From an uncultured delta proteobacterium (GTDB lineage Bacteria > Myxococcota_A > Polyangia > Polyangiales > Houyiibacteriaceae): a stretch of DNA of 64,000 nucleotides. Of this stretch, positions 19,539 through 28,365 are shown piece by piece (the stretch's first letter is position 1; every line of letters begins with the position of its first letter). Both the position numbers and the translations under genes were made by a program. The notes beneath the pieces were generated by a model, which ran no database searches, was not told where the DNA came from, and was given only the letters and a program-made list of their open reading frames with translations. The stretch is from contig CAVOVB010000002.1 of the NCBI GenBank assembly GCA_963699755.1, positions 448,001 through 512,000 on the forward strand. Reading direction: 5' to 3'.

Positions 19539-20293
19539 CAGATGCGACCCTCCCAGCCACCGGAGGACCCCGCTGTGCGTTTCCGAACGGTGACGGTCGC
19601 ATGGTGCGCATCGAGCAGCGCGAGCGCATCGCGGATCTCTTGGCGCTCTGCGCCAGGCCATGCTTGCTCGGGAAGCTCGGAGCTGGCCTGCACCGCAACC
19701 CAACGGCGAAGCGCCTCCGCAGACAGGACCAAACGCCCCCCGCCACAGGCGCGGCACACGATTCCTCCGCGCGCTGCATCGAACGAAGCGGAGCGCCCTT
19801 GGGCTGGCATCTTACCGCAGCGGACACAGCGATCGAGTGTCGGCGCAAAGCCAAGCACTGCAAGCACTCGAATCTGAAGCGACAGTAGAGCTTCCTCTGG
19901 AGGGGCGCCCCCGTGGAGCGCCGTCAGGAAGCGCACTGCAGCGTCGAAGACGAGCGGCTCTGGTTCGTGGTCCGGTACGCGCTCTCGAATGACAGCGAGA
20001 GCTGCACCCGCTGCGCCAATCGCTTCGAGGCTTCGGAGGATGCCGTGAAACGATTGATCGACGGACACCCGCTCCAGATGGGCAAGCTCACCACGGCCTG
20101 GTCGAAAGTGCGCATTCATCAAGACATAGGGCTGCAGCGCGCCCCCAAATCGGCGCTGGCTCTTTCGCGCACCCCGCGCAAGCGCCGAAATCTTGCCGTA
20201 GCCCTCCGTTAAGAGAGTGACGATTCGGTCCGAGTCGCGGTAGTCCACGGAGCGTAAGAGGAGCGCTCGGCTCTGGCGGTGTCGACTTGGCAC
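19535..20293 (-). CDS. recO: DNA repair protein RecO
   Basis: LLRSVDYRDSDRIVTLLTEGYGKISALARGARKSQRRFGGALQP; Zn finger CVRC...GGIVCRAC. Confidence 0.93.
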   Translation of the reverse strand: MPSRHRQSRALLLRSVDYRDSDRIVTLLTEGYGKISALARGARKSQRRFGGALQPYVLMNAHFRPGRGELAHLERVSVDQSFHGILRSLEAIGAAGAALAVIRERVPDHEPEPLVFDAAVRFLTALHGGAPPEEALLSLQIRVLAVLGFAPTLDRCVRCGKMPAQGRSASFDAARGGIVCRACGGGRLVLSAEALRRWVAVQASSELPEQAWPGAERQEIRDALALLDAHHATVTVRKRTAGSSGGWEGRIC

Positions 20294-20700
20294 GGCGATA
20301 TCGAGGATAGCTCAATGGGCTCGTCCTGCGCAGGCGCACGCCGGACGAGCGCAAAGGTGGCCACGATTATGGCAAAAAGCGCCGCCGTCGTGATCGCTAG
20401 GACCAAAGCGCCGTAACCACGGCGGCTGTGCACTGTCGCCAGCGGCGCGGGCGGCAGGGTTTCCGGGCGCTTCGAGTCGAAGAGCGAGAGAACCTCGTTT
20501 GCATCGATGTCGACCGCAGACGCGTAAGCCTTGATGAAGCCGCGAACGAACACGCCGCTCGGGAGCTCTTCGAAGCGATCCTCTTCGAGCGACTCGAGCG
20601 TCCGACGCGGAATGCGCGTCGTCCTCGAAACCTCCTCAATCGAAAGATGGCGTGTCTCGCGCTCCGTCCTCAAGAAATCGCCGATCGAATCTCTCCTCAT
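20209..20700 (-). CDS. RodZ-like HTH membrane protein (short form)
   Basis: SIGDFLRTERE..HLSIEEVSRTTRI....LESLEEDRFEELPSGVFVRGFIKAYA is an HTH_25 pattern; one TM segment; ATGA-coupled at 20697-20700. Confidence 0.85.
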   Translation of the reverse strand: MRRDSIGDFLRTERETRHLSIEEVSRTTRIPRRTLESLEEDRFEELPSGVFVRGFIKAYASAVDIDANEVLSLFDSKRPETLPPAPLATVHSRRGYGALVLAITTAALFAIIVATFALVRRAPAQDEPIELSSISPCQVDTARAERSSYAPWTTATRTESSLS

Positions 20701-21488
20701 CGCGAATCCTCTAGCAGTGTCTGACACATGCGACCGTCGTTCGAGTACGGGTCTAGCTCTATGCAGCGCTCCAAGTCAGCGACTGCGTCGCGACGATGAC
20801 CCAAACGAGCGCGCACCTCACCGCGAAGCCGCCAAGCGCCCTGGAGCTGCACGCTCTTCGAACAGGATGGATCCACTTGGAGCGCGCTCACGAGCGCACG
20901 CTCCGCGTCTTCAAAATGCTGCAGTTCCCAAAATGCCCTACCCATTGTGTAGTAGCCTACGCAAAATCGGGGTTGCATGCGGACTGCCTCCATCGTGGAT
21001 TTCACCGTTCCCTGATAATCCTCTGTATAGAACTGTGCCAGCCCGAGATTGCCCCATGCAAGATGTGGAGCTGTGTTCAGCTCATCCATTGCGGATTCCC
21101 GGAGTACGACGATGGCTTCGTCGTAACGACCCAGCTCGATCAGGCAGAGGCCGTAGATGTTACGAGCCTCCGCAAGTGTCGAACCACCACGCTTCTGTGT
21201 TTCGAGAAGCTTGATGCCAGAGGCCAAGTGCGGTTCCGCATTCTGGTAGGCTCCCCGCTCCATCTGGATGAAGCCCATGAGCAGGCGGGCCTCGGCATTG
21301 TTGGGGTCGAGCTCGAGCGCCGTGCGCAGATGCTCAATGGCAGCGGCGACCTGGCCTTCATCCCGAAGGCTGGCTGCGAGCTGAAACTCTCGATATGAAC
21401 GCTCCCCGTCTGGCGTCACCGCCTCCGACGTCGTCGCACACCCCACCGCCAGCCAAGCCAGCCAAACCAATCCCCAGGTTCGAAGCAC
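20697..21488 (-). CDS. TPR lipoprotein, Tgl/PilF(PilW)-like type IV pilus secretin pilotin
   Basis: Lipobox LAVGC after GTG 21488; TPRs including EARNIYGL and the Tgl-like N.APHLAWGNLG and QPRFCVGYY; sits upstream of the rodZ-like gene. Confidence 0.72.
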   Translation of the reverse strand: MLRTWGLVWLAWLAVGCATTSEAVTPDGERSYREFQLAASLRDEGQVAAAIEHLRTALELDPNNAEARLLMGFIQMERGAYQNAEPHLASGIKLLETQKRGGSTLAEARNIYGLCLIELGRYDEAIVVLRESAMDELNTAPHLAWGNLGLAQFYTEDYQGTVKSTMEAVRMQPRFCVGYYTMGRAFWELQHFEDAERALVSALQVDPSCSKSVQLQGAWRLRGEVRARLGHRRDAVADLERCIELDPYSNDGRMCQTLLEDSR

Positions 21489-21537
21489 CGGATGGGTGTA
21501 CTGAGTGGCCAGGGCTCGGTCAAGAAGGGGTGTCGGA

Positions 21538-22192
21538 TTACCGACAGCGCCGGCCGTGACGCACGTCTTCCTTGAGAGAAAGGAGGACCTGAATCTGGCG
21601 AAGGGCCTCGGCATCGATGATGGTCATCGTCTGATCGCCCACCCGGAGATATTCACAATCGCGCAGCTGCGCGACGACAGCGTTGACCTGTTCGAGATCC
21701 ATTGCAGTACGAGTGGATAATTCAAGAATTGAGAGCTTGTGAGGGCGCCGGCCCGCCTCGTCGACCGCGCGTAGAAGCGTGTTCAGAACCCGGACTGTGG
21801 GATCCGCTGGAAGGAAGTTCTCGATCTGCTCCTCGGTCCTTTGCAGGCGGCGGAGCAGCTGCTCTGTGACACGCTTGCCGAGCTCGGGTCGGCGACGGAC
21901 GAGCGCCCGAAAGGTGTCGCTTTCGATCACCAGCGCGCTCACGGGCTCGATGGCCTGAGCGCTGGCGCAACGATGGGCGCCGGGAAGCAGAGCTTCTTCG
22001 CCGATGAGCGCGTCCGCACCGAAAAGGCCAACATCGCGCTCGGCGCCGCGCGCACGCTTGAAGAGCTGCACCTGGCCTTCGCGAATCAAATAGAGCTCGA
22101 TGGCAGGGGCTGCGGCGTAGTAGGGGGGCCTCCCCCGCCGAGAAGCTCCGGTAGTAGCCATGGATTCCGAACTCGTCAGCCGATTCCGCCAT
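21538..22192 (-). pseudogene. Crp/Fnr-family cNMP-binding regulator split by a one-base frameshift
   Basis: MAESADEFGIHGYYRSFSAGEA is in one frame and YYAAAPAIELYLIREGQV...GEEALL...R.ASA in another. The span is 655 nt (3n+1). The junction is at a 6-base homopolymer, 22123-22128. Confidence 0.75.
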
Positions 22193-22231
22193 CCGGCTTA
22201 GTTACCGCAGGACGAGGAAGGGTCGCAACCG

Positions 22232-23209
22232 TTATTCCACGAGGTGGCAGGCTACCTCGTGGCCCGGTTCAATCCGCCTAAGCCCGGGAACCTCCTGATC
22301 GCACAGACCCTTTCTCGCGATCGGACACCGGGGGTGGAACGAGCAGCCGCTCGGTGGATCGAGGGGGCTCGGAACGTCGCCCTCCAGCAGCAATCGCCGC
22401 TTGCGTGCGCGGGGGTCTGGCTCGGGCGCGGCGCTGAGGAGGGCCTCCGTGTACGGATGACGAGGCCTCAAGTAGATCTGTTCCGCGGTGGCGAGCTCGA
22501 CCAGACGCCCCAAGTACATGACGGCAACGCGACGGCTCACGTGTTCTACGACATGCAGATCATGAGCGATGAATAGGTAACTCAGGCCGAGCTCGTCTTG
22601 CAGATCGGCAAGCAGGTTCACGATCTGCGCTTGAATGGAAACGTCGAGGGCACTGACGGGCTCGTCGGCCACGATGAAGCTCGGGGAAACTGCGAGGGCC
22701 CGCGCAATTCCAATGCGCTGGCGCTGTCCGCCGGAAAACTCGTGCGGGTAACGGCGCATCTGCTCGGGCCGCAATCCCACGCGTTCTAGCAGGGCGGCGA
22801 TGCGCTGCTCTTCTTCCGAGGCTGAGCCTGCCCTCTGGTGCACGCGCAGCGCCTCGGCGAGCGCAGCTCGGACGGTCATACGCGGGTTCAGCGAGCTGTA
22901 CGGATCCTGGAAGATGATCTGCATCTTGCTTCGAAAAGGCCGCAACGCGGACTGCGACAAGCCCGTGAGCTCTCGGCCTTCGAAATAGACCCGCCCGCTC
23001 GTCGGCTCTTGGAGCCGCAAGAGCAAGCGGCCGAGGGTGCTCTTCCCACAGCCCGATTCGCCGACCAGCCCCAGGGTTTCGCCCTGCATCACGTCCAAGC
23101 TGACGCCATCGACGGCCCAGAGCTCCGCGTGCCCGCGCCCGATGCCCCGCGACGGACCACGGAACGACTTGCGCAGCGATTCCGCGCGAACGATTGCCTG
23201 CTCGCTCAC
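22232..23209 (-). CDS. oppF: Oligopeptide/dipeptide ABC transporter ATP-binding subunit (OppF/DppF-like)
   Basis: [60 protein letters not shown]. Confidence 0.93.
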   Translation of the reverse strand: MSEQAIVRAESLRKSFRGPSRGIGRGHAELWAVDGVSLDVMQGETLGLVGESGCGKSTLGRLLLRLQEPTSGRVYFEGRELTGLSQSALRPFRSKMQIIFQDPYSSLNPRMTVRAALAEALRVHQRAGSASEEEQRIAALLERVGLRPEQMRRYPHEFSGGQRQRIGIARALAVSPSFIVADEPVSALDVSIQAQIVNLLADLQDELGLSYLFIAHDLHVVEHVSRRVAVMYLGRLVELATAEQIYLRPRHPYTEALLSAAPEPDPRARKRRLLLEGDVPSPLDPPSGCSFHPRCPIARKGLCDQEVPGLRRIEPGHEVACHLVE

Positions 23210-24180
23210 GCCGACACCTCGGCACGAAAGCAGGCGACCTCAGACCGTTCGAGCTGCTGCAAAGTGGGCTCTTCGACACGGCAGAGCTCGGTCACGAGGT
23301 CGCAACGGTCCTGAAAACGACAACCGGTCGGCAACTTGCTCAGGTCGGGAACGATCCCGCGAATCGTTGGCAAGCGCTCCCCACGATTGCGGGCGCTCGG
23401 CAGACTGCGCAGTAGCCCGCGCGTGTACGGATGACGGGGCGTCTCGAAGAGCACCTCGGTTTCCGCATGCTCGACAATCTTGCCCGCGTACATGACAGCG
23501 ATCTCGTGAGCGAACTCGGCCATGAGACCGAGGTCGTGACTGATGAAGATGATGCTCATACCGAGCTCGTCTTGAAGTGAACGAAGCAACTCGAGAATCT
23601 GCGCCTGAATCGTCACGTCTAGCGCCGTGGTCGGCTCATCCGCAATCAATAGACGAGGCTCGCACGCCAGCGCCATTGCGATCATTGCGCGCTGTCGCAT
23701 GCCGCCCGAAAGCGTATGCGGGTACGAGTCGATCCGCTCCATCGGTGCGGGAATGCCGACCAGATCGAGGAGCTCTATCGCACGAGCTTTGGCGGCGCGG
23801 CGGCCCATGCTCCGGTGGAGCCGAATCGCTTCGACGATCTGCGAGCCAACCGTATACACCGGATTGAGCGATGTCATCGGCTCCTGAAAGATCATCGAGA
23901 TCTCGTTGCCTCGGAGGCTTCGCATCTCCGACTCCGGGAGCTGAAAGAGGTCGCGCCCGTCGAACAGGGCTTCGCCGCCTTCGATGAGACCGGGCGGACT
24001 CGGGATCAAGCGCATGATCGACAAAGAGGTCACACTCTTCCCGCAGCCGCTCTCCCCGACGATCCCGAGCGTTCGACCAGGAAACACGTCGAACGATATG
24101 TCGTCGACGGCTCTCAGATAGCCCTCATCCGTCTCGAACGCCGTGACCAGGTGGCGCAGGCTCAGCAGCGGTTCCGTCAT
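23206..24180 (-). CDS. oppD: Oligopeptide/dipeptide ABC transporter ATP-binding subunit (OppD/DppD-like)
   Basis: [61 protein letters not shown]. Confidence 0.93.
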   Translation of the reverse strand: MTEPLLSLRHLVTAFETDEGYLRAVDDISFDVFPGRTLGIVGESGCGKSVTSLSIMRLIPSPPGLIEGGEALFDGRDLFQLPESEMRSLRGNEISMIFQEPMTSLNPVYTVGSQIVEAIRLHRSMGRRAAKARAIELLDLVGIPAPMERIDSYPHTLSGGMRQRAMIAMALACEPRLLIADEPTTALDVTIQAQILELLRSLQDELGMSIIFISHDLGLMAEFAHEIAVMYAGKIVEHAETEVLFETPRHPYTRGLLRSLPSARNRGERLPTIRGIVPDLSKLPTGCRFQDRCDLVTELCRVEEPTLQQLERSEVACFRAEVSA

Positions 24181-24220
24181 GCGCCGCTACCTTAGCATCA
24201 GTCGAGAAATGAACGGATTT

Positions 24221-25033
24221 TCAGGAGCACGGAGCGAATTCGATCGACATACCGGGGCTCGGTGTTTGTTGGAACGCGCCTTCGGGGATCTCGGGGTTGA
24301 CCGAAATCGACTTCACGCGAACCGAGGTATCGGCATCATTGACCTTGTCGACGAAGCGCACGTTGGTCGGGAACGACTGTCCGTCGACTTCGATGTAGTC
24401 GTCGTAAATGGCTTCCCAGCGCGTCTGGCCATCGGGCGCCCGTTCGATGGACTGTCGAAGCGTTAGACGCTGCTCAGGCGGCGGCTTTTCGCGATCACCT
24501 TCGTGAACCGAAAACGAGACTTCTTGACTCGTCCCATCGGCAGCGACGAGCGTTACCACGTAGCGTCCCTCGCGGCAGATCATCGACTGCGCCGTAGCGT
24601 CGATCATCGGCGTATCGCCGGTCAGAACCCGGAGCACGTTCTCGGCATCGACCGAAATTCCCAGGATGCGGGCGATGTTCTCAGGGCAGGTCGGACCTTG
24701 AAGAAACGTGCCTTCACGCAGATCGCTGAGCTGAAATCTCTCCCCATCGCTGGTCAGGATTGCGACGGGACCGACCTGTGTCATCACGTCGAAGCGAACT
24801 CGGTTCGGCCGCTCCAAGAACATCAAGACGGTGCCGCGAATGCGTCCGCTTCGAGCCCATTGCGTCACCCGCGCTTCGGCTTTGATCGCATTCCAGCCAG
24901 CCTGTCGCTGCCTGTGATCGTCGAGCGCCTTGCGTGCATCGCTGCGCGCCTGAAGAGGACAGGCCGGAGCCGACTTGCAGCCCAGGGCAGCCAGCAAAAT
25001 CAGGAGCAACGCGGTGAGGCACGCGCGCGTCAC
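24221..25033 (-). CDS. Lipoprotein, possible LolA/LolB-like fold (DUF4292-like)
   Basis: GTG 25033, lipobox AALGC; beta-rich body with ERPNRVRFDV and FPTNVRF...SVNPEIPEGAFQQTP. Confidence 0.6.
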   Translation of the reverse strand: MTRACLTALLLILLAALGCKSAPACPLQARSDARKALDDHRQRQAGWNAIKAEARVTQWARSGRIRGTVLMFLERPNRVRFDVMTQVGPVAILTSDGERFQLSDLREGTFLQGPTCPENIARILGISVDAENVLRVLTGDTPMIDATAQSMICREGRYVVTLVAADGTSQEVSFSVHEGDREKPPPEQRLTLRQSIERAPDGQTRWEAIYDDYIEVDGQSFPTNVRFVDKVNDADTSVRVKSISVNPEIPEGAFQQTPSPGMSIEFAPCS

Positions 25034-26172
25034 TAGTCGTTTAGCGCTCCCAGGTTGATCCACTCTTCGACGACCTGAATGCGGCCTTCGCTGATCGAGC
25101 CACCAAGCGGCATCGGGTCGCCACAGGTCTGCACGTTGCGCATCTTTTGAATCATGATGGACCCGTCTGGATCGAAGGGAATCACGACGGTGCCCTGCCC
25201 TGCGCATGCACCTGGGTCAGCGGCCAATGCATCGACGACCGACGACCAGGATTCGGTCGGCCAGCTGCTCGTGTCTGTGGTATCGGCGCCGGTCAGATTG
25301 AGCGCTGCAAGGCCGGCTGCGCTGGCGCCACCTGGAATGTCCCCGTCGAGCGGGTTGTTCGGGTTTTGGTCGGTGCCATTGTTGCTCGGCCCGTGGCAGA
25401 TCACGCACTCGGTGAACATGATACTGAAGTAAATATCGCTCCAGTTCGGATCGGGAAGCTCTCCAGGCCCGCTATACACACAGATCTCGTCGTCGACGCT
25501 TTGGCAGAGCTCGAGCTCAAGCGCGACGGAGGGCGCAGTCTCCGTCCGCGCAATCGCAGGCGCTTCACAGGCAAGCCAGTTGCGAACGATCTCCTGTCCT
25601 TCGCTCGAATCGATCGAAGGCAGCTGTTCGCCGCTGGACTTGCGAACCCATGGAATGGTGCTCCGTACGCTTCGACCCACTGCACCAGGTGGCATCGAAC
25701 CCTGCCGAATTTCCTGGATCATCCCCTCGGCCCAATTCCGGACTTGGTTCTGATTGTCTTGCAGACCCTTTAGTCGCTGACAGTACGGAGTGTCGGTCCG
25801 GCCGCCTTCGCAGCTTTGGATCGGCTGAGCACAAGTTGAATCCTGTGACGCGTCGGTGCAGGCCAGATCCACGTCGAAGTTTAGCCCGCTCGGTGTGCCG
25901 AAGCGGTTGCCTCCGAGTGCAGACGGCGAGTGGCAGAAGGCACCATTACCGCAAGTCGATTGGACGATCGCCTGGCCCTCGTACATGGGGAGGCCGTCGG
26001 TCTCTCGATAGGCGATGTCGAACGCGGCCGGGCCATCGATCGGGCGCCCGTCCGCAGTCTCTCCATCGAGGTTGCACTCGCCGAGGTCACGCTTACAGCC
26101 GAACAGATTGGAGATACAAAAGGTCGTCGTGACGAACAGAAGAAAGAAATGAGGGGTGCGAACGCCACGCAT
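25033..26172 (-). CDS. c-type cytochrome lipoprotein with one CxxCH and one atypical CX5CH
   Basis: Lipobox NLFGC; CGNGAFCH followed later by GSMPP; CVICH followed by GDPMPLG...VEEWINLGA. Confidence 0.72.
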   Translation of the reverse strand: MRGVRTPHFFLLFVTTTFCISNLFGCKRDLGECNLDGETADGRPIDGPAAFDIAYRETDGLPMYEGQAIVQSTCGNGAFCHSPSALGGNRFGTPSGLNFDVDLACTDASQDSTCAQPIQSCEGGRTDTPYCQRLKGLQDNQNQVRNWAEGMIQEIRQGSMPPGAVGRSVRSTIPWVRKSSGEQLPSIDSSEGQEIVRNWLACEAPAIARTETAPSVALELELCQSVDDEICVYSGPGELPDPNWSDIYFSIMFTECVICHGPSNNGTDQNPNNPLDGDIPGGASAAGLAALNLTGADTTDTSSWPTESWSSVVDALAADPGACAGQGTVVIPFDPDGSIMIQKMRNVQTCGDPMPLGGSISEGRIQVVEEWINLGALND

Positions 26173-26229
26173 ATGGACGGGAAAATGCGTCTGTTGTCCC
26201 ACAGAGTCAAGCGAGTTGCACGAGGGCGC

Positions 26230-27039
26230 TCAGGCTGCGGGTCGCAGGTGTTCCAGGCGCTCGCGGAGCTTCTGACGGGCCCGGACCTCAAGCTGACGTA
26301 CCCGCTCCTTGCTGACGCCCATTTCGCGGCCGAGCGCCTCAAGCGTGCAGGGCTCGTCTGAAAGGATTCGTGCTTCGACGATCCGCTGCTCCCGGATGGT
26401 CAAGCTTTGCAATGCGGCATCCAGCGCGTCACGCACGTGGTTGATCGCCTCCGAACGTGCCACCGACTCTTCCGGCGTGAGCTCCCTATAACTCATGCGC
26501 TCCATTGCGGTCGGCGCGTCGCCGGCACCAGCGTCGAGAGAAAGGTCGCCCCTCGCCAGCAGGGGCCAAAGCTGCTTTGCACGCGTCAGGGGCATGCCGC
26601 TTTCTTCGGCCAGCGCCTGTGGCGACTCGACCGCCTTTCGCCGAAACGCGCGCATGGCGCGCCGCTCGGTTCGAGTAGTCCCCAAGCGGACGATTCGATA
26701 GGACCGCACGACGTAGTCGCGAATCTCGGCGCGAATCCAATACGCTGCATAGGTGATGAGCCGGCACTTCTTTTCGGGATCAAACTTCGACGCCGCCTTG
26801 AGCAGCCCCAGGTTGCCCTGCTGAACCAGGTCCTCCAGCGGAACCCCCCAGCGCCGATACTCGCGCGCGATCGCGATGACGAAAGGGAGGCTCGACTCGA
26901 TCAATCGGACCCCTGCCGATTCGTTTCCATCTGCCCAACTCTGCGCGAGCTCTCGTTCGGTTTCAGCATCGAGGATCTCGACCCGCTTGAGAGAAGCGCG
27001 GTATCGGTCCAGAGCCGTCGCCGTGATGATGGTCTCCAT
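26230..27039 (-). CDS. Sigma-70 family factor, RpoH (sigma32)-like paralog
   Basis: Region 2 EDLVQQGNLGLLKAASKFDPEK..RLITYAAYWIRAEIRDYVVRSYRIVRLGTT; region 4 TLEALGREMGVSKERVRQLEVRA. Confidence 0.9.
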   Translation of the reverse strand: METIITATALDRYRASLKRVEILDAETERELAQSWADGNESAGVRLIESSLPFVIAIAREYRRWGVPLEDLVQQGNLGLLKAASKFDPEKKCRLITYAAYWIRAEIRDYVVRSYRIVRLGTTRTERRAMRAFRRKAVESPQALAEESGMPLTRAKQLWPLLARGDLSLDAGAGDAPTAMERMSYRELTPEESVARSEAINHVRDALDAALQSLTIREQRIVEARILSDEPCTLEALGREMGVSKERVRQLEVRARQKLRERLEHLRPAA

Positions 27040-27052
27040 GTGCGAATCCCGG

Positions 27053-27070
27053 CTGCACTATTCGTGCCGA
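27053..27070 (-). promoter_or_regulatory. Sigma54 (-24/-12) promoter of the RpoH-like gene
   Basis: Minus strand TCGGCACGAATAGTGCAG has exact GG-N10-GC spacing, against consensus TGGCACG-N4-TTGCW. Confidence 0.65.
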
Positions 27071-27268
27071 ACCTCGGTGCATCGAAAACATAACGAAAAT
27101 CGCCAGGCCTGGGCACGAGGACGTGGCGTTTTGCCGCGCGCGGCAGCCTGTTCGCCGCGGCAGGCGGCGCAAGGTTGGCACATGAGGCGCAAATCTCGCA
27201 GGTACCGAAAATGCTGGAATTTTGCACGACTGCTTTGCCCAGGTGGGCAGCTATGCTAGTTTCGAGTC

Positions 27269-27526
27269 GTGGAAGTCGTCCTTCGCAAAGTAGGCCGGAA
27301 ATCGGGTCGAGCGGTGGTTGGGCGTCTACTGCGGCCACCGCGTAAGGGCTCCGTGGTGGTCATCGAGTTTGCCGATGGTCTGCACGAGTACGTCACGACG
27401 CCGGTGAAGCGCGTGCTTCAACTGTGCGGGCAAGACACCTACTACCTGCAGACTGCCAACAGCCGGTACCGCCTCGAGGTCCGTTCGAGCGAATCAGGCG
27501 TGGTCGATCAGCCGGTCGCGAACTGA
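27269..27526 (+). CDS. Small hypothetical beta-rich protein
   Basis: 85 aa, fills the gap divergent from the sigma factor, with GC3-rich codons and a protein-like composition (HEYVTTPVKRVL...YLQTANSRYRLEV). Confidence 0.65.
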   Translation: MEVVLRKVGRKSGRAVVGRLLRPPRKGSVVVIEFADGLHEYVTTPVKRVLQLCGQDTYYLQTANSRYRLEVRSSESGVVDQPVAN

Positions 27527-28365
27527 GCTGAGCCCAGCAGTAGATCGCCGAGCTTGCCGACGAGCTCGTCGAGCACGGATTGCAGCCGCGTGAAGTCGTT
27601 CTGATTGACCTCGCTCGTACGCTCGTTGACGTACAGCGCGCGGTTGAGCTCGATCTGAACGGCGTGCTGGCCTCGCCTCGGCGCTCCATAGCGCGAGGTC
27701 GTCCAGCCACCGCGATACGGGTCATCGTGCTTCACACTGAAACCCGCTTCACGGAAGTGTGAATCGACCAAATCGATGATACGACCATCGGCAGTCGAGC
27801 GTCCGCGCGTACCAGGCACGACGTCGGCACGACGTGCTCGTCCCCCGCCGATCGTTTGACGCCCCGCGGAGGGCATCGAATGCGCCGCAAGGACGAGCAC
27901 TCGACCATGCCGCTCCCGTATCTGCGCTGCCTCCTCGCTCAGTGCTTGATGATACGGATCGTAGAACAGCTTGAGTCGTCTGCGGAACTGATCGATCGTG
28001 AGTGGCGCACGGAGCAGCGGTGTCCCATCTGTCCTCGCACGCCAAACGACACCGCGAGCCGGAATGTGGCGGCCTCTTGGATGCCTCGGCACAGCGGCCA
28101 AGTCGACCTCGTCCGGCCCACGATTGAGATCGACGACGTATCGCGACACGCGGGATACCAAGAGCGTGGCGCCGTTCTCGGGTGCGCGTTGGTAGAGCTG
28201 ATCGACGTAGATGTCGGAGTCGCGCAACACGGCCAGTGGCGTCGCCTCGATTTCCGATTCGACTTCTGGAGGAACCTGCAAGCCCGAGTGTGGCACCTCG
28301 ATTAGCACGGGGCTCGGACTCGTTCGTGGGCGGGTTAGCTCGACGTAGGACACGGGTGGGCTCAA
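27508..28365 (-). CDS. N-formylglutamate amidohydrolase family protein
   Basis: EVPHSG, DSDIYVD, SRYVVDLNR, YDPYH, HSMPS, ADVVPG, DDPYRGG, HAVQIELNRALY. Confidence 0.92.
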   Translation of the reverse strand: MSPPVSYVELTRPRTSPSPVLIEVPHSGLQVPPEVESEIEATPLAVLRDSDIYVDQLYQRAPENGATLLVSRVSRYVVDLNRGPDEVDLAAVPRHPRGRHIPARGVVWRARTDGTPLLRAPLTIDQFRRRLKLFYDPYHQALSEEAAQIRERHGRVLVLAAHSMPSAGRQTIGGGRARRADVVPGTRGRSTADGRIIDLVDSHFREAGFSVKHDDPYRGGWTTSRYGAPRRGQHAVQIELNRALYVNERTSEVNQNDFTRLQSVLDELVGKLGDLLLGSAQFATG

